A stretch of DNA of 64,000 nt from Macrostomum hystrix. Its lineage: Eukaryota > Animalia > Platyhelminthes. Below, in pieces: positions 48,078 to 63,000 of this stretch (position 1 is the stretch's first letter; the number at the start of each line of letters is the position of its first letter). The stretch covers positions 32,860,001 to 32,924,000 of the forward strand of contig CATNEN010000038.1 of NCBI GenBank assembly GCA_950097015.1, read 5' to 3'. A program made the position numbers and the translations under genes. Under the pieces are notes generated by a model. That model did no database searches. It was not told the origin of the DNA and saw nothing but the letters and a program-made list of their open reading frames with translations.

Positions 48078-51000
48078 TTTAAACTAGCGATTTTCTAAAC
48101 TAGCGACATTCAGTAACTAGCGATTTTCAGTAACTAGCGATTTTCAGTAACTAGCGATTTTTAGTAACTAGCGATTTTCTAAACTAGCGATTTTCTAAAC
48201 TAGCGATTTTCTAAACTAGCGGCATTCAGTAACTAGCGATTTTCAGTAACAATCGATTTTCAGTAACTTTCGATTTTCTAAACTAGCGACATTCAGTAAC
48301 TAGCGATTTTCAGTAACTATCGATTTTCAGTAACTAGCGATTTTCAGTAACTAGCGATTTTCAGTAACTAGCGATTTTCAGTAACTAGCGATTTTCTAAA
48401 CTAGCGACATTCAGTAAATAGCGATTTTCAGTAACTAGCGATTTTCAGTAACAATCGATTTTCAGTAACTATCGATATTCAGTAACTAGCGATTTTCTAA
48501 ACTAGCGATTTTCTAAACTAGAGATTTTCTAAACTAGCGATTTTCTCAACTAGCGACATTCAGTAACTAGCGATTTTCAGTAACTAGCGATTTTCCGTAA
48601 CTAGCGATTTTCAGTAACTAGCGATTTTCAGTTACTAGCGATTTTCAGTAACTAGCGATTTTCAGTAACTAGCGATTTTTAGTAACTAGCGATTTTCTAA
48701 ACTAGCGATTTTCTAAACTAGCGATTTTCTAAACTAGCGATTTTCTAAACTAGCGATTTTCTCAACTAGCGACATTCAGTAACTAGCGATTTTCAGTAAC
48801 TAGCGATTTTCAGTAACTAGCGATTTTCAGTAACTAGCGATTTTCAGTAACTAGCGATTTTCAGTAACTAGCGATTTTCAGTAACTAGCGATTTTCAGTA
48901 ACTAGCGATTTTCAGTAACTAGCGATTTTTAGTAACTAGCAATTTTCTAAACTAGCGATTTTCTAAACTAGCGACATTCAGTAACTAGCGATTTTCAGTA
49001 ACTAGCGATTTTCAGTAACTAGCGATTTTCAGTAACTATCGATATTCAGTAACTAGCGATTTTCTAAACTAGCGATTTTCTAAACTAGAGATTTTCTAAA
49101 CTAGCGATTTTCTCAACTAGCGACATTCAGTAACTAGCGATTTTCAGTAACTAGCGATTTTCCGTAACTAGCGATTTTCAGTAACTAGCGATTTTCAGTT
49201 ACTAGCGATTTTCAGTAACTAGCGATTTTCAGTAACTAGCGATTTTTAGTAACTAGCGATTTTCTAAACTAGCGATTTTCTAAACTAGCGATTTTCTAAA
49301 CTAGCGATTTTCTAAACTAGCGATTTTCTCAACTAGCGACATTCAGTAACTAGCGATTTTCAGTAACTAGCGATTTTCAGTAACTAGCGATTTTCAGTAA
49401 CTAGCGATTTTCAGTAACTAGCGATTTTCAGTAACTAGCGATTTTCAGTAACTAGCGATTTTCAGTAACTAGCGATTTTCAGTAACTAGCGATTTTTAGT
49501 AACTAGCAATTTTCTAAACTAGCGATTTTCTAAACTAGCGACATTCAGTAACTAGCGATTTTCAGTAACTAGCGATTTTCAGTAACTAGCGATTTTCAGT
49601 AACTAGCGATTTTCAGTAACTAGCGATTTTCAGTAACTAGCGATTTTCTAAACTAGCGATTTTCTAAACTAGCGACATTCAGTAACTAGCGATTTTCAGT
49701 AACTAGCGATTTTCAGTAACTAGCGATTTTCAGTAACTAGCGATTTTCAGTAACTAGCGATTTTCAGTAACTAGCGATTTTCAGTAACTAGCGATTTTCA
49801 GTAACTAGCGATTTTCAGTAACTAGCGATTTTCAGTAACTAGCGATTTTCTAAACTAGCGATTTTCTAAACTAGCGACATTCAGTAAATAGCGATTTTCA
49901 GTAACTAGCGATTTTCAGTAACAATCGATTTTCAGTAACTAGCGATTTTCTAAACTAGCGATTTTCTAAACTAGCGATTTTCTAAACTAGCGACATTCAG
50001 TAACTAGCGATTTTCAGTAACTATCGATATTCAGTAACTAGCGATTTTCTAAAATAGCGATTTTCTAAACTAGCGATTTTCTAAACTAGCGACATTCAGT
50101 AACTAGCGATTTTCAGTAACTAGCGATTTTCAGTAACTAGCGATTTTTAGTAACTAGCGATTTTCAGTAACTAGCGATTTTCAGTAACTAGCGATTTTCA
50201 GTAACTAGCGATTTTCAGTAACTAGCGATTTTCAGTAACTAGCGATTTTCTAAACTAGAGATTTTCTTAACTAGCGATTTTCTAAACTAGCGATTTTCTC
50301 AACTAGCGACATTCAGTAACTAGCGATTTTCAGTAACTAGCGATTTTCAGTAACTAGCGATTTTCAGTAACTAGCGATTTTCAGTAACTAGCGATTTTCA
50401 GTAACTAGCGATTTTCTAAACTAGCGACATTCAGTAACTAGCGATTTTCAGTAACTATCGATTTTCAGTAACTAGCGATTTTCTAAACTAGCGATTTTCT
50501 AAACTAGCGATTTTCTAAACTAGCGACATTCAGTAACTAGCGATTTTCAGTAACTAGCGATTTTCAGTAACTAGCGATTTTTAGTAACTAGCGTTTTTCA
50601 GTAACTAGCGATTTTCAGTAACTAGCGATTTTCAGTAACTAGCGATTTTTAGTAACTAGCAATTTTCTAAACTAGCGATTTTCTAAACTAGCGACATTCA
50701 GTAACTAGCGATTTTCAGTAACTAGCGATTTTCAGTAACTAGCGATTTTTAGTAACTAGCGATTTTCAGTAACTAGCGATTTTCAGTAACTAGCGATTTT
50801 CAGTAACTAGCGATTTTTAGTAACTAGCGATTTTCAGTAACTAGCGATTTTCAGTAACAATCGATTTTCCGTAACTATCGATATTCAGTAACTAGCGATT
50901 TTCAGTAACAAGCGATTTTCAGTAACTAGCGATTTTCAGTAACTAGCGATTTTCAGTAACTAGCGATTTTCAGTAACTAGCGATTTATAGTAACTAGCGA

Positions 51001-54000
51001 TTTTCAGTAACTAGCGATTTTCAGTAACTAGCGATTTTCTAAACTAGCGATTTTCTAAACTAGCGACATTCAGTAACTAGCGACATTCAGTAACTAGCGA
51101 TTTTCAGTAACTAGCGAGTTTTAGTAACCAGCGATTTTCTAAACTAGCGATTTTTAGTAACTAGCGATTTTCTAAACTAGCGACATTCAGTAACTAGCGA
51201 TTTTCAGTAACTAGCGATTTTCAGTAACTAGCGATTTTTAGTAACTAGCGATTTTCTAAACTAGCGACATTCAGTAAATAGCGATTTTCAGTAACTAGCG
51301 ATTTTCTAAACTAGCGACATTCAGTAAATAGCGATTTTCAGCAACTAGCGATTTTCAGTAACTAGCGATTTTCAGTAACTAGCGATTTTCAGTAACTAGC
51401 GATTTTCAGTAACTAGCGATTTTCAGTAACTAGCGATTTTCAGTAACTAGCGATTTTCAGTAACAATCGATTTTCCGTAACTATCGATATTTAGTAACTA
51501 GCGATTTTCAGTAATTAGCGATTTTCAGTAACTAGCGATTTTCAGTAACTAGCGATTTTCAGTAACTAGCGATTTTCTAAACTAGAGATTTTCTTAACTA
51601 GCGATTTTCTAAACTAGCGATTTTCTCAACTAGCGACATTCAGTAACTAGCGATTTTCAGTAACTAGCGAGTTTTAGTAACCAGCGATTTTCTAAACTAG
51701 CGATTTTTAGTAACTAGCGATTTTCTAAACTAGCGACATTCAGTAACTAGCGATTTTCAGTAACTAGCGATTTTCAGTAACTAGCGACATTCAGTAAATT
51801 GCGATTTTCAGTAACTGGCGATTTTCAGTAACTAGCGATTTTCAGTAACTAGCGATTTTCAGTAACTAGCGATTTTCTAAACTAGCGACATTCAGTAAAT
51901 AGCGATTTTCAGTAACTAGCGATTTTCTAAACTAGCGATTTTCAGTAACTAGCGATTTTCAGTAACTAGCGATTTTCTAAACTAGCGATTTTCTAAACTA
52001 GCGATTTTCTAAACTAGCGACATTCAGTAACTAGCGATTTTCAGTAACTAGCGATTTTCAGTAACTAGCGATTTTCAGTAACTAGCGATTTTCAGTAACT
52101 AGCGATTTTCTAAACTAGAGATTTTCTAAACTAGCGATTTTCTAAACTAGCGATTTTCAGTAACTAGCGATTTTCAGTAACTAGCGATTTTCAGTAACTA
52201 GCGATTTTCAGTAACTAGCGATTTTCAGTAACTAGCGATTTTCAGTAACTAGCGATTTTCAGTAACTAGCGATTTTCAGTAACTAGCGATTTTCAGTAAC
52301 TAGCGATTTTCAGTAACTAGCGATTTTCAGTAACTAGCGATTTTCAGTAACTAGCGATTTTCTAAACTAGAGATTTTCATAACTAGCGATTTTCTAAACT
52401 AGCGATTTTCTCAACTAGCGACATTCAGTAACTAGCGATTTTCAGTAACTAGCGAGTTTTAGTAACCAGCGATTTTCTAAACTAGCGATTTTTAGTAACT
52501 AGCGATTTTCTAAACTAGCGACATTCAGTAACTAGCGATTTTCAGTAACTAGCGATTTTCAGTAACTAGCGACATTCAGTAAATAGCGATTTTCAGTAAC
52601 TAGCGATTTTCATTAACTAGCGATTTTCAGTAACTAGCGATTTTCAGTAACTAGCGATTTTCTAAACTAGCGACATTCAGTAAATAGCGATTTTCAGAAA
52701 CTAGCGATTTTCTAAACTAGCGACATTCAGTAAATAGCGATTTTCAGTAACTAGCGATTTTCAGTAACTAGCGATTTTCAGTAACTAGCGATTTTCAGTA
52801 ACTAGCGATTTTCTAAACTAGCGATTTTCAGTAACTAGCGATTTTCAGTAACTAGCGATTTTCAGTAACTAGCGATTTTCAGTAACAATCGATTTTCCGT
52901 AACTATCGATATTCAGTAACTAGCGATTTTCAGTAACAAGCGATTTTCAGTAACTAGCGATTTTCAGTAACTAGCGATTTTCAGTAACTAGCGATTTTCA
53001 GTAACTAGCGATTTATAGTAACTAGCGATTTTCCGTAACTATCGATATTCAGTAACTAGCGATTTTCAGTAACTAGCGATTTTTAGTAACTAGCGATTTT
53101 CAGTAACTAGCGATTTTCAGTAACAATCGATTTTCCGTAACTATCGATATTCAGTAACTAGCGATTTTCAGTAACAAGCGATTTTCAGTAACTAGCGATT
53201 TTCAGTAACTAGCGATTTTCAGTAACTAGCGATTTTCAGTAACTAGCGATTTATAGTAACTAGCGATTTTCAGTAACTAGCGATTTTCAGTAACTAGCGA
53301 TTTTCAGTAACTAGCGATTTTCTAAACTAGCGACATTCAGTAAATAGCGATTTTCAGTAACTAGCGATTTTCAGTAACAATCGATTTTCAGTAACTAGCG
53401 ATTTTCTAAACTAGCGACATTCAGTAACTAGCGATTTTCAGTAACTATCGATATTCAGTAACTAGCGATTTTCTAAACTAGCGATTTTCTAAACTAGCGA
53501 TTTTCTAAACTAGCGACATTCAGTAACTAGCGATTTTCAGTAACTAGCGATTTTCAGTAACTAGCGATTTTTAGTAACTAGCGATTTTCAGTAACTAGCG
53601 ATTTTCAGTAACTAGCGATTTTCAGTAACTAGCGATTTTTAGTAACTAGCAATTTTCTAAACTAGCGATTTTCTAAACTAGCGACATTCAGTAACTAGCG
53701 ATTTTCAGTAACTAGCGATTTTCAGTAACTAGCGATTTTTAGTAACTAGCGATTTTCAGTAACTAGCGATTTTCAGTAACTAGCGATTTTCAGTAACTAG
53801 CGATTTTTAGTAACTAGCGATTTTCAGTAACTAGCGATTTTCAGTAACAATCGATTTTCCGTAACTATCGATATTCAGTAACTAGCGATTTTCAGTAACT
53901 AGCGATTTTCAGTAACTGGCGATTTTCAGTAACTAGCGATTTTCAGTAACTAGCGATTTATAGCAACTAGCGATTTTCAGTAACTAGCGATTTTCAGTAA

Positions 54001-57000
54001 CTAGCGATTTTCTAAACTAGCGATTTTCTAAACTAGCGACATTCAGTAACTAGCGATTTTCAGTAACTAGCGATTTTCAGTAACTAGCGATTTTCAGTAA
54101 CTAGCGATTTTCAGTAACTAGCGATTTTCAGTAACTAGCGATTTTCAGTAACTAGCGATTTTCTAAACTAGCGACATTCAGTAAATAGCGATTTTCAGTA
54201 ACTAGCGATTTTCTAAACTAGCGACATTCAGTAAATAGCGATTTTCAGTAACTAGCGATTTTCAGTAACTAGCGATTTTCAGTAACTAGCGATTTTCAGT
54301 AACTAGCGATTTTCTAAACTAGCGATTTTCAGTAACTAGCGATTTTCAGTAACTAGCGATTTTCTAAACTAGCGATTTTCTAAACTAGCGATTTTCTCAA
54401 CTAGCGACATTCAGTAACTAGCGATTTTCAGTAACTAGCGAGTTTTAGTAACCAGCGATTTTCTAAACTAGCGATTTTTAGTAACTAGCGATTTTCTTAA
54501 CTAGCGACATTCAGTAACTAGCGATTTTCAGTAACTAGCGATTTTCAGTAACTAGCGACATTCAGTAAATAGCGATTTTCTAAACTAGAGATTTTCTTAA
54601 CTAGCGATTTTCTAAACTAGCGATTTTCTCAACTAGCGACATTCAGTAACTAGCGATTTTCAGTAACAATCGATTTTCCGTAACTATCGATATTCAGTAA
54701 CTAGCGATTTTCAGTAACTAGCGATTTTCAGTAACTAGCGATTTTCAGTAACTAGCGATTTTCAGTAACTAGCGATTTATAGCAACTAGCGATTTTCAGT
54801 AACTAGCGATTTTCAGTAACTAGCGATTTTCAGTAACTAGCGATTTTCAGTAACTAGCGATTTTCAGTAACTAGCGATTTTCAGTAACTAGCGATTTTCA
54901 GTAACTAGCGATTTTCAGTAACTAGCGATTTTCTAAACTAGAGATTTTCTTAACTAGCGATTTTCTAAACTAGCGATTTTCTCAACTAGCGACATTCAGT
55001 AACTAGCGATTTTCAGTAACTAGCGAGTTTTAGTAACCAGCGATTTTCTAAACTAGCGATTTTTAGTAACTAGCGATTTTCTAAACTAGCGACATTCAGT
55101 AACTAGCGATTTTCAGTAACTAGCGATTTTCAGTAACTAGCGACATTCAGTAAATAGCGATTTTCAGTAACTAGCGATTTTCAGTAACTAGCGATTTTCA
55201 GTAACTAGCGATTTTCAGTAACTAGCGATTTTCTAAACTAGCGACATTCAGTAAATAGCGATTTTCAGTAACTAGCGATTTTCAGTAACTAGCGATTTTT
55301 AGTAACTAGCGATTTTCAGTAACTAGCGATTTTCAGTAACTAGCGATTTTCAGTAACTAGCGATTTTTCTAAACTAGCGACATTCAGTAACTAGCGATTT
55401 TCAGTAAGTAGCGATTTTCAGTAACTAGCGATTTTCAGTAACTAGCGATTTTCAGTAACTAGCGATTTTCAGTAACTAGCGATTTTCTAAACTAGCGATT
55501 TTCTAAACTAGCGACATTCAGTAAATAGCGATTTTCAGTAACTAGCGATTTTCAGTAACAATCGATTTTCAGTAACTAGCGATTTTTAGTAACTAGCGAT
55601 TTTCAGTAACTAGCGATTTTCAGTAACTAGCGATTTTCAGTAACTAGCGATTTTTAGTAACTAGCAATTTTCTAAACTAGCGATTTTCTAAACTAGCGAC
55701 ATTCAGTAACTAGCGATTTTCAGTAACTAGCGATTTTCAGTAACTAGCGATTTTTAGTAACTAGCGATTTTCAGTAACTAGCGATTTTCAGTAACTAGCG
55801 ATTTTCAGTAACTAGCGATTTTTAGTAACTAGCGATTTTCAGTAACTAGCGATTTTCAGTAACAATCGATTTTCCGTAACTATCGATATTCAGTAACTAG
55901 CGATTTTCAGTAACTAGCGATTTTCAGTAACTAGCGATTTTCAGTAACTAGCGATTTTCAGTAACTAGCGATTTATAGCAACTAGCGATTTTCAGTAACT
56001 AGCGATTTTCAGTAACTAGCGATTTTCTAAACTAGCGATTTTCTAAACTAGCGACATTCAGTAACAATCGATTTTCCGTAACTATCGATTTTCAGTAACT
56101 AGCGATTTTCAGTAACTAGCGATTTTCAGTAACTAGCGATTTTCAGTAACTAGCGATTTTCAGTAACTAGCGATTTTCAGTAACTAGCGATTTTCAGTAA
56201 CTAGCGATTTTCAGTAACTAGCGATTTTCAGTAACTAGCGATTTTCAGTAACTAGCGATTTTCTAAACTAGAGATTTTCATAACTAGCGATTTTCTAAAC
56301 TAGCGATTTTCTCAACTAGCGACATTCAGTAACTAGCGATTTTCAGTAACTAGCGAGTTTTAGTAACCAGCGATTTTCTAAACTAGCGATTTTTAGTAAC
56401 TAGCGATTTTCTAAACTAGCGACATTCAGTAACTAGCGATTTTCAGTAACTAGCGATTTTCAGTAACTAGCGACATTCAGTAAATAGCGATTTTCAGTAA
56501 CTAGCGATTTTCAGTAACTAGCGATTTTCAGTAACTAGCGATTTTCAGTAACTAGCGATTTTCTAAACTAGCGACATTCAGTAAATAGCGATTTTCAGAA
56601 ACTAGCGATTTTCAGTAACTAGCGATTTTCAGTAACTAGCGATTTTCAGTAACTAGCGATTTTCTAAACTAGCGACATTCAGTAAATAGCGATTTTCAGT
56701 AACAATCGATTTTCAGTAACTAGCGATTTTCTAAACTAGCGATTTTCTAAACTATCGATTTTCTAAACTAGCGATTTTCTAAACTAGAGATTTTCTCAAC
56801 TAGCGACATTCAGTAACTAGCGATTTTCAGTAACTAGCGAGTTTTAGTAACCAGCGATTTTCTAAACTAGCGATTTTCAGTAACTAGCGATTTTCTAAAC
56901 TAGCGACATTCAGTAACTAGCGATTTTCTAAACTAGCGACATTCAGTAACTAGCGATTTTCAGTAACTAGCGATTTTCAGTAACTAGCGATTTTCAGTAA

Positions 57001-60000
57001 CTAGCGATTTTCAGTAACTAGCGATTTTCAGTAACAATCGATTTTCCGTAACTATCGATATTCAGTAACTAGCGATTTTCAGTAACAAGCGATTTTCAGT
57101 AACTAGCGATTTTCAGTAACTAGCGATTTTCAGTAACTAGCGATTTTCAGTAACTAGCGATTTATAGTAACTAGCGATTTTCCGTAACTATCGATATTCA
57201 GTAACTAGCGATTTTCAGTAACTAGCGATTTTTAGTAACTAGCGATTTTCAGTAACTAGCGATTTTCAGTAACTAGCGATTTTCTAAACTAGCGATTTTC
57301 TAAACTAGCGACATTCAGTAAATAGCGATTTTCAGTAACTAGCGATTTTCAGTAACAATCGATTTTCAGTAACTAGCGATTTTTAGTAACTAGCGATTTT
57401 CAGTAACTAGCGATTTTCAGTAACTAGCGATTTTCAGTAACTAGCGATTTTTAGTAACTAGCAATTTTCTAAACTAGCGATTTTCTAAACTAGCGACATT
57501 CAGTAACTAGCGATTTTCAGTAACTAGCGATTTTCAGTAACTAGCGATTTTTAGTAACTAGCGATTTTCAGTAACTAGCGATTTTCAGTAACTAGCGATT
57601 TTCAGTAACTAGCGATTTTTAGTAACTAGCGATTTTCAGTAACTAGCGATTTTCAGTAACAATCGATTTTCCGTAACTATCGATATTCAGTAACTAGCGA
57701 TTTTCAGTAACTAGCGATTTTCAGTAACTAGCGATTTTCAGTAACTAGCGATTTATAGCAACTAGCGATTTTCAGTAACTAGCGATTTTCAGTAACTAGC
57801 GATTTTCTAAACTAGCGATTTTCTAAACTAGCGACATTCAGTAACAATCGATTTTCCGTAACTATCGATTTTCAGTAACTAGCGATTTTCAGTAACTAGC
57901 GATTTTCAGTAACTAGCGATTTTCAGTAACTAGCGATTTTCAGTAACTAGCGATTTTCAGTAACTAGCGATTTTCAGTAACTAGCGATTTTCAGTAACTA
58001 GCGATTTTCAGTAACTAGCGATTTTCAGTAACTAGCGATTTTCTAAACTAGAGATTTTCATAACTAGCGATTTTCTAAACTAGCGATTTTCTCAACTAGC
58101 GACATTCAGTAACTAGCGATTTTCAGTAACTAGCGAGTTTTAGTAACCAGCGATTTTCTAAACTAGCGATTTTTAGTAACTAGCGATTTTCTAAACTAGC
58201 GACATTCAGTAACTAGCGATTTTCAGTAACTAGCGATTTTCAGTAACTAGCGACATTCAGTAAATAGCGATTTTCAGTAACTAGCGATTTTCAGTAACTA
58301 GCGATTTTCAGTAACTAGCGATTTTCAGTAACTAGCGATTTTCTAAACTAGCGACATTCAGTAAATAGCGATTTTCAGAAACTAGCGATTTTCAGTAACT
58401 AGCGATTTTCAGTAACTAGCGATTTTCAGTAACTAGCGATTTTCTAAACTAGCGACATTCAGTAAATAGCGATTTTCAGTAACAATCGATTTTCAGTAAC
58501 TAGCGATTTTCTAAACTAGCGATTTTCTAAACTATCGATTTTCTAAACTAGCGATTTTCTAAACTAGAGATTTTCTCAACTAGCGACATTCAGTAACTAG
58601 CGATTTTCAGTAACTAGCGAGTTTTAGTAACCAGCGATTTTCTAAACTAGCGATTTTCAGTAACTAGCGATTTTCTAAACTAGCGACATTCAGTAACTAG
58701 CGATTTTCTAAACTAGCGACATTCAGTAACTAGCGATTTTCAGTAACTAGCGATTTTCAGTAACTAGCGATTTTCAGTAACTAGCGATTTTCAGTAACTA
58801 GCGATTTTCAGTAACAATCGATTTTCCGTAACTATCGATATTCAGTAACTAGCGATTTTCAGTAACAAGCGATTTTCAGTAACTAGCGATTTTCAGTAAC
58901 TAGCGATTTTCAGTAACTAGCGATTTTCAGTAACTAGCGATTTATAGTAACTAGCGATTTTCCGTAACTATCGATATTCAGTAACTAGCGATTTTCAGTA
59001 ACTAGCGATTTTTAGTAACTAGCGATTTTCAGTAACTAGCGATTTTCAGTAACAATCGATTTTCCGTAACTATCGATATTCAGTAACTAGCGATTTTCAG
59101 TAACAAGCGATTTTCAGTGACTAGCGATTTTCAGTAACTAGCGATTTTCAGTAACTAGCGATTTTCAGTAACTAGCGATTTATAGTAACTAGCGATTTTC
59201 AGTAACTAGCGATTTTCAGTAACTAGCGATTTTCAGTAACTAGCGATTTTCTAAACTAGCGACATTCAGTAAATAGCGATTTTCAGTAACTAGCGATTTT
59301 CAGTAACAATCGATTTTCAGTAACTAGCGATTTTCTAAACTAGCGACATTCAGTAACTAGCGATTTTCAGTAACTATCGATATTCAGTAACTAGCGATTT
59401 TCTAAACTAGCGATTTTCTAAACTAGCGATTTTCTAAACTAGCGACATTCAGTAACTAGCGATTTTCAGTAACTAGCGATTTTCAGTAACTAGCGATTTT
59501 TAGTAACTAGCGATTTTCAGTAACTAGCGATTTTTAGTAACTAGCGATTTTCAGTAACTAGCGATTTTCAGTAACTAGCGATTTTCAGTAACTAGCGATT
59601 TTCAGTAACTGGCGATTTTCAGTAACTAGCGATTTTCAGTAACTAGCGATTTATAGCAACTAGCGATTTTCAGTAACTAGCGATTTTCAGTAACTAGCGA
59701 TTTTCTAAACTAGCGATTTTCTAAACTAGCGATTTTCAGTAACTAGCGATTTTCAGTAAATAGCGATTTTCAGTAACTAGCGATTTTCAGTAACTAGCGA
59801 TTTTCAGTAACTAGCGATTTTCAGTAACTAGCGATTTTCTAAACTAGCGATTTTCAGTAACTAGCGATTTTCAGTAACTAGCGATTTTCTAAACTAGCGA
59901 CATTCAGTAAATAGCGATTTTCAGAAACTAGCGATTTTCAGTAACTAGCGATTTTCTAAACTAGCGATTTTCTAAACTATCGATTTTCTAAACTAGCGAT

Positions 60001-63000
60001 TTTCTAAACTAGAGATTTTCTCAACTAGCGACATTCAGTAACTAGCGATTTTCAGTAACTAGCGAGTTTTAGTAACCAGCGATTTTCAGTAACTAGCGAT
60101 TTTCTAAACTAGCGATTTTCAGTAACTAGCGATTTTCAGTAACTAGCGATTTTCAGTAACTAGCGATTTTCTAAACTAGCGACATTCAGTAAATAGCGAT
60201 TTTCAGTAACTAGCGATTTTCAGTAACTAGCGATTTTCTAAACTAGCGATTTTCTAAACTATCGATTTTCTAAACTAGCGATTTTCTAAACTAGAGATTT
60301 TCTCAACTAGCGACATTCAGTAACTAGCGATTTTCAGTAACTAGCGAGTTTTAGTAACCAGCGATTTTCTAAACTAGCGATTTTCAGTAACAATCGATTT
60401 TCAGTAACTAGCGATTTTCTAAACTAGCGATTTTCTAAACTAGCGACATTCAGTAACTAGCGATTTTCAGTAACTAGCGATTTTCAGTAACTAGCGATTT
60501 TCAGTAACTAGCGATTTTCTAAACTAGCGACATTCAGTAAATAGCGATTTTCAGTAACTAGCGATTTTCTAAACTGGCGACATTCAGTAAATAGCGATTT
60601 TCAGTAACTAGCGATTTTCAGTAACTAGCGATTTTCAGTAACTAGCGATTTTCAGTAACTAGCGATTTTCAGTAACTAGCGATTTTCTAAACTAGCGACA
60701 TTCAGTAATTAGCGATTTTCAGTAACTAGCGATTTTCAGTAACTAGCGATTTTCAGTAACTAGCGATTTTCAGTAACTAGCGATTTTCAGTAACTAGCGA
60801 TTTTCAGTAACTAGCGATTTTCAGTAACTAGCGATTTTCTAAACTAGCGACATTCAGTAAATAGCGATTTTCAGTAACAATCGATTTTCAGTAACTAGCG
60901 ATTTTCTAAACTAGCGATTTTCTAAACTATCGATTTTCTAAACTAGCGATTTTCTAAACTAGAGATTTTCTCAACTAGCGACATTCAGTAACTAGCGATT
61001 TTCAGTAACTAGCGAGTTTTAGTAACCAGCGATTTTCTAAACTAGCGATTTTCAGTAACTAGCGATTTTCTAAACTAGCGACATTCAGTAACTAGCGATT
61101 TTCTAAACTAGCGACATTCAGTAACTAGCGATTTTCAGTAACTAGCGATTTTCAGTAACTAGCGATTTTCAGTAACTAGCGATTTTCAGTAACTAGCGAT
61201 TTTCAGTAACAATCGATTTTCCGTAACTATCGATATTCAGTAACTAGCGATTTTCAGTAACAAGCGATTTTCAGTAACTAGCGATTTTCAGTAACTAGCG
61301 ATTTTCAGTAACTAGCGATTTTCAGTAACTAGCGATTTATAGTAACTAGCGATTTTCCGTAACTATCGATATTCAGTAACTAGCGATTTTCAGTAACAAG
61401 CGATTTTCAGTAACTAGCGATTTTCAGTAACTAGCGATTTTCAGTAACTAGCGATTTTCAGTAACTAGCGATTTATAGTAACTAGCGATTTTCAGTAACT
61501 AGCGATTTTCAGTAACTAGCGATTTTCAGTAACTAGCGATTTTCTAAACTAGCGACATTCAGTAAATAGCGATTTTCAGTAACTAGCGATTTTCAGTAAC
61601 AATCGATTTTCAGTAACTAGCGATTTTCTAAACTAGCGACATTCAGTAACTAGCGATTTTCAGTAACTATCGATATTCAGTAACTAGCGATTTTCTAAAC
61701 TAGCGATTTTCTAAACTAGCGATTTTCTAAACTAGCGACATTCAGTAACTAGCGATTTTCAGTAACTAGCGATTTTCAGTAACTAGCGATTTTTAGTAAC
61801 TAGCGATTTTCAGTAACTAGCGATTTTCAGTAACTAGCGATTTTCAGTAACTAGCGATTTTTAGTAACTAGCAATTTTCTAAACTAGCGATTTTCTAAAC
61901 TAGCGACATTCAGTAACTAGCGATTTTCAGTAACTAGCGATTTTCAGTAACTAGCGATTTTTAGTAACTAGCGATTTTCAGTAACTAGCGATTTTCAGTA
62001 ACTAGCGATTTTCAGTAACTAGCGATTTTTAGTAACTAGCGATTTTCAGTAACTAGCGATTTTCAGTAACAATCGATTTTCCGTAACTATCGATATTCAG
62101 TAACTAGCGATTTTCAGTAACTAGCGATTTTCAGTAACTGGCGATTTTCAGTAACTAGCGATTTTCAGTAACTAGCGATTTATAGCAACTAGCGATTTTC
62201 AGTAACTAGCGATTTTCAGTAACTAGCGATTTTCTAAACTAGCGATTTTCTAAACTAGCGATTTTCAGTAACTAGCGATTTTCAGTAACTAGCGATTTTC
62301 AGTAACTAGCGATTTTCAGTAACTAGCGATTTTCAGTAACTAGCGATTTTCAGTAACTAGCGATTTTCAGTAACTAGCGATTTTCAGTAACTAGCGATTT
62401 ATAGCAACTAGCGATTTTCAGTAACTAGCGATTTTCAGTAACTAGCGATTTTCTAAACTAGCGATTTTCTAAACTAGCGACATTCAGTAACTAGCGATTT
62501 TCAGTAACTAGCGATTTTCAGTAACTAGCGATTTTCAGTAACTAGCGATTTTCAGTAACTAGCGATTTTCAGTAACTAGCGATTTTCAGTAACTAGCGAT
62601 TTTCAGTAACTAGCGATTTTCAGTAACTAGCGATTTTCTAAACTAGAGATTTTCATAACTAGCGATTTTCTAAACTAGCGATTTTCTCAACTAGCGACAT
62701 TCAGTAACTAGCGATTTTCAGTAACTAGCGAGTTTTAGTAACCAGCGATTTTCTAAACTAGCGATTTTTAGTAACTAGCGATTTTCTAAACTAGCGATTT
62801 TCTAAACTAGCGACATTCAGTAACTAGCGATTTTCAGTAACTAGCGATTTTCAGTAACTAGCGATTTTTAGTAACTAGCGATTTTCAGTAACTAGCGATT
62901 TTCAGTAACTAGCGATTTTCAGTAACTAGCGATTTTTAGTAACTAGCAATTTTCTAAACTAGCGATTTTCTAAACTAGCGACATTCAGTAACTAGCGATT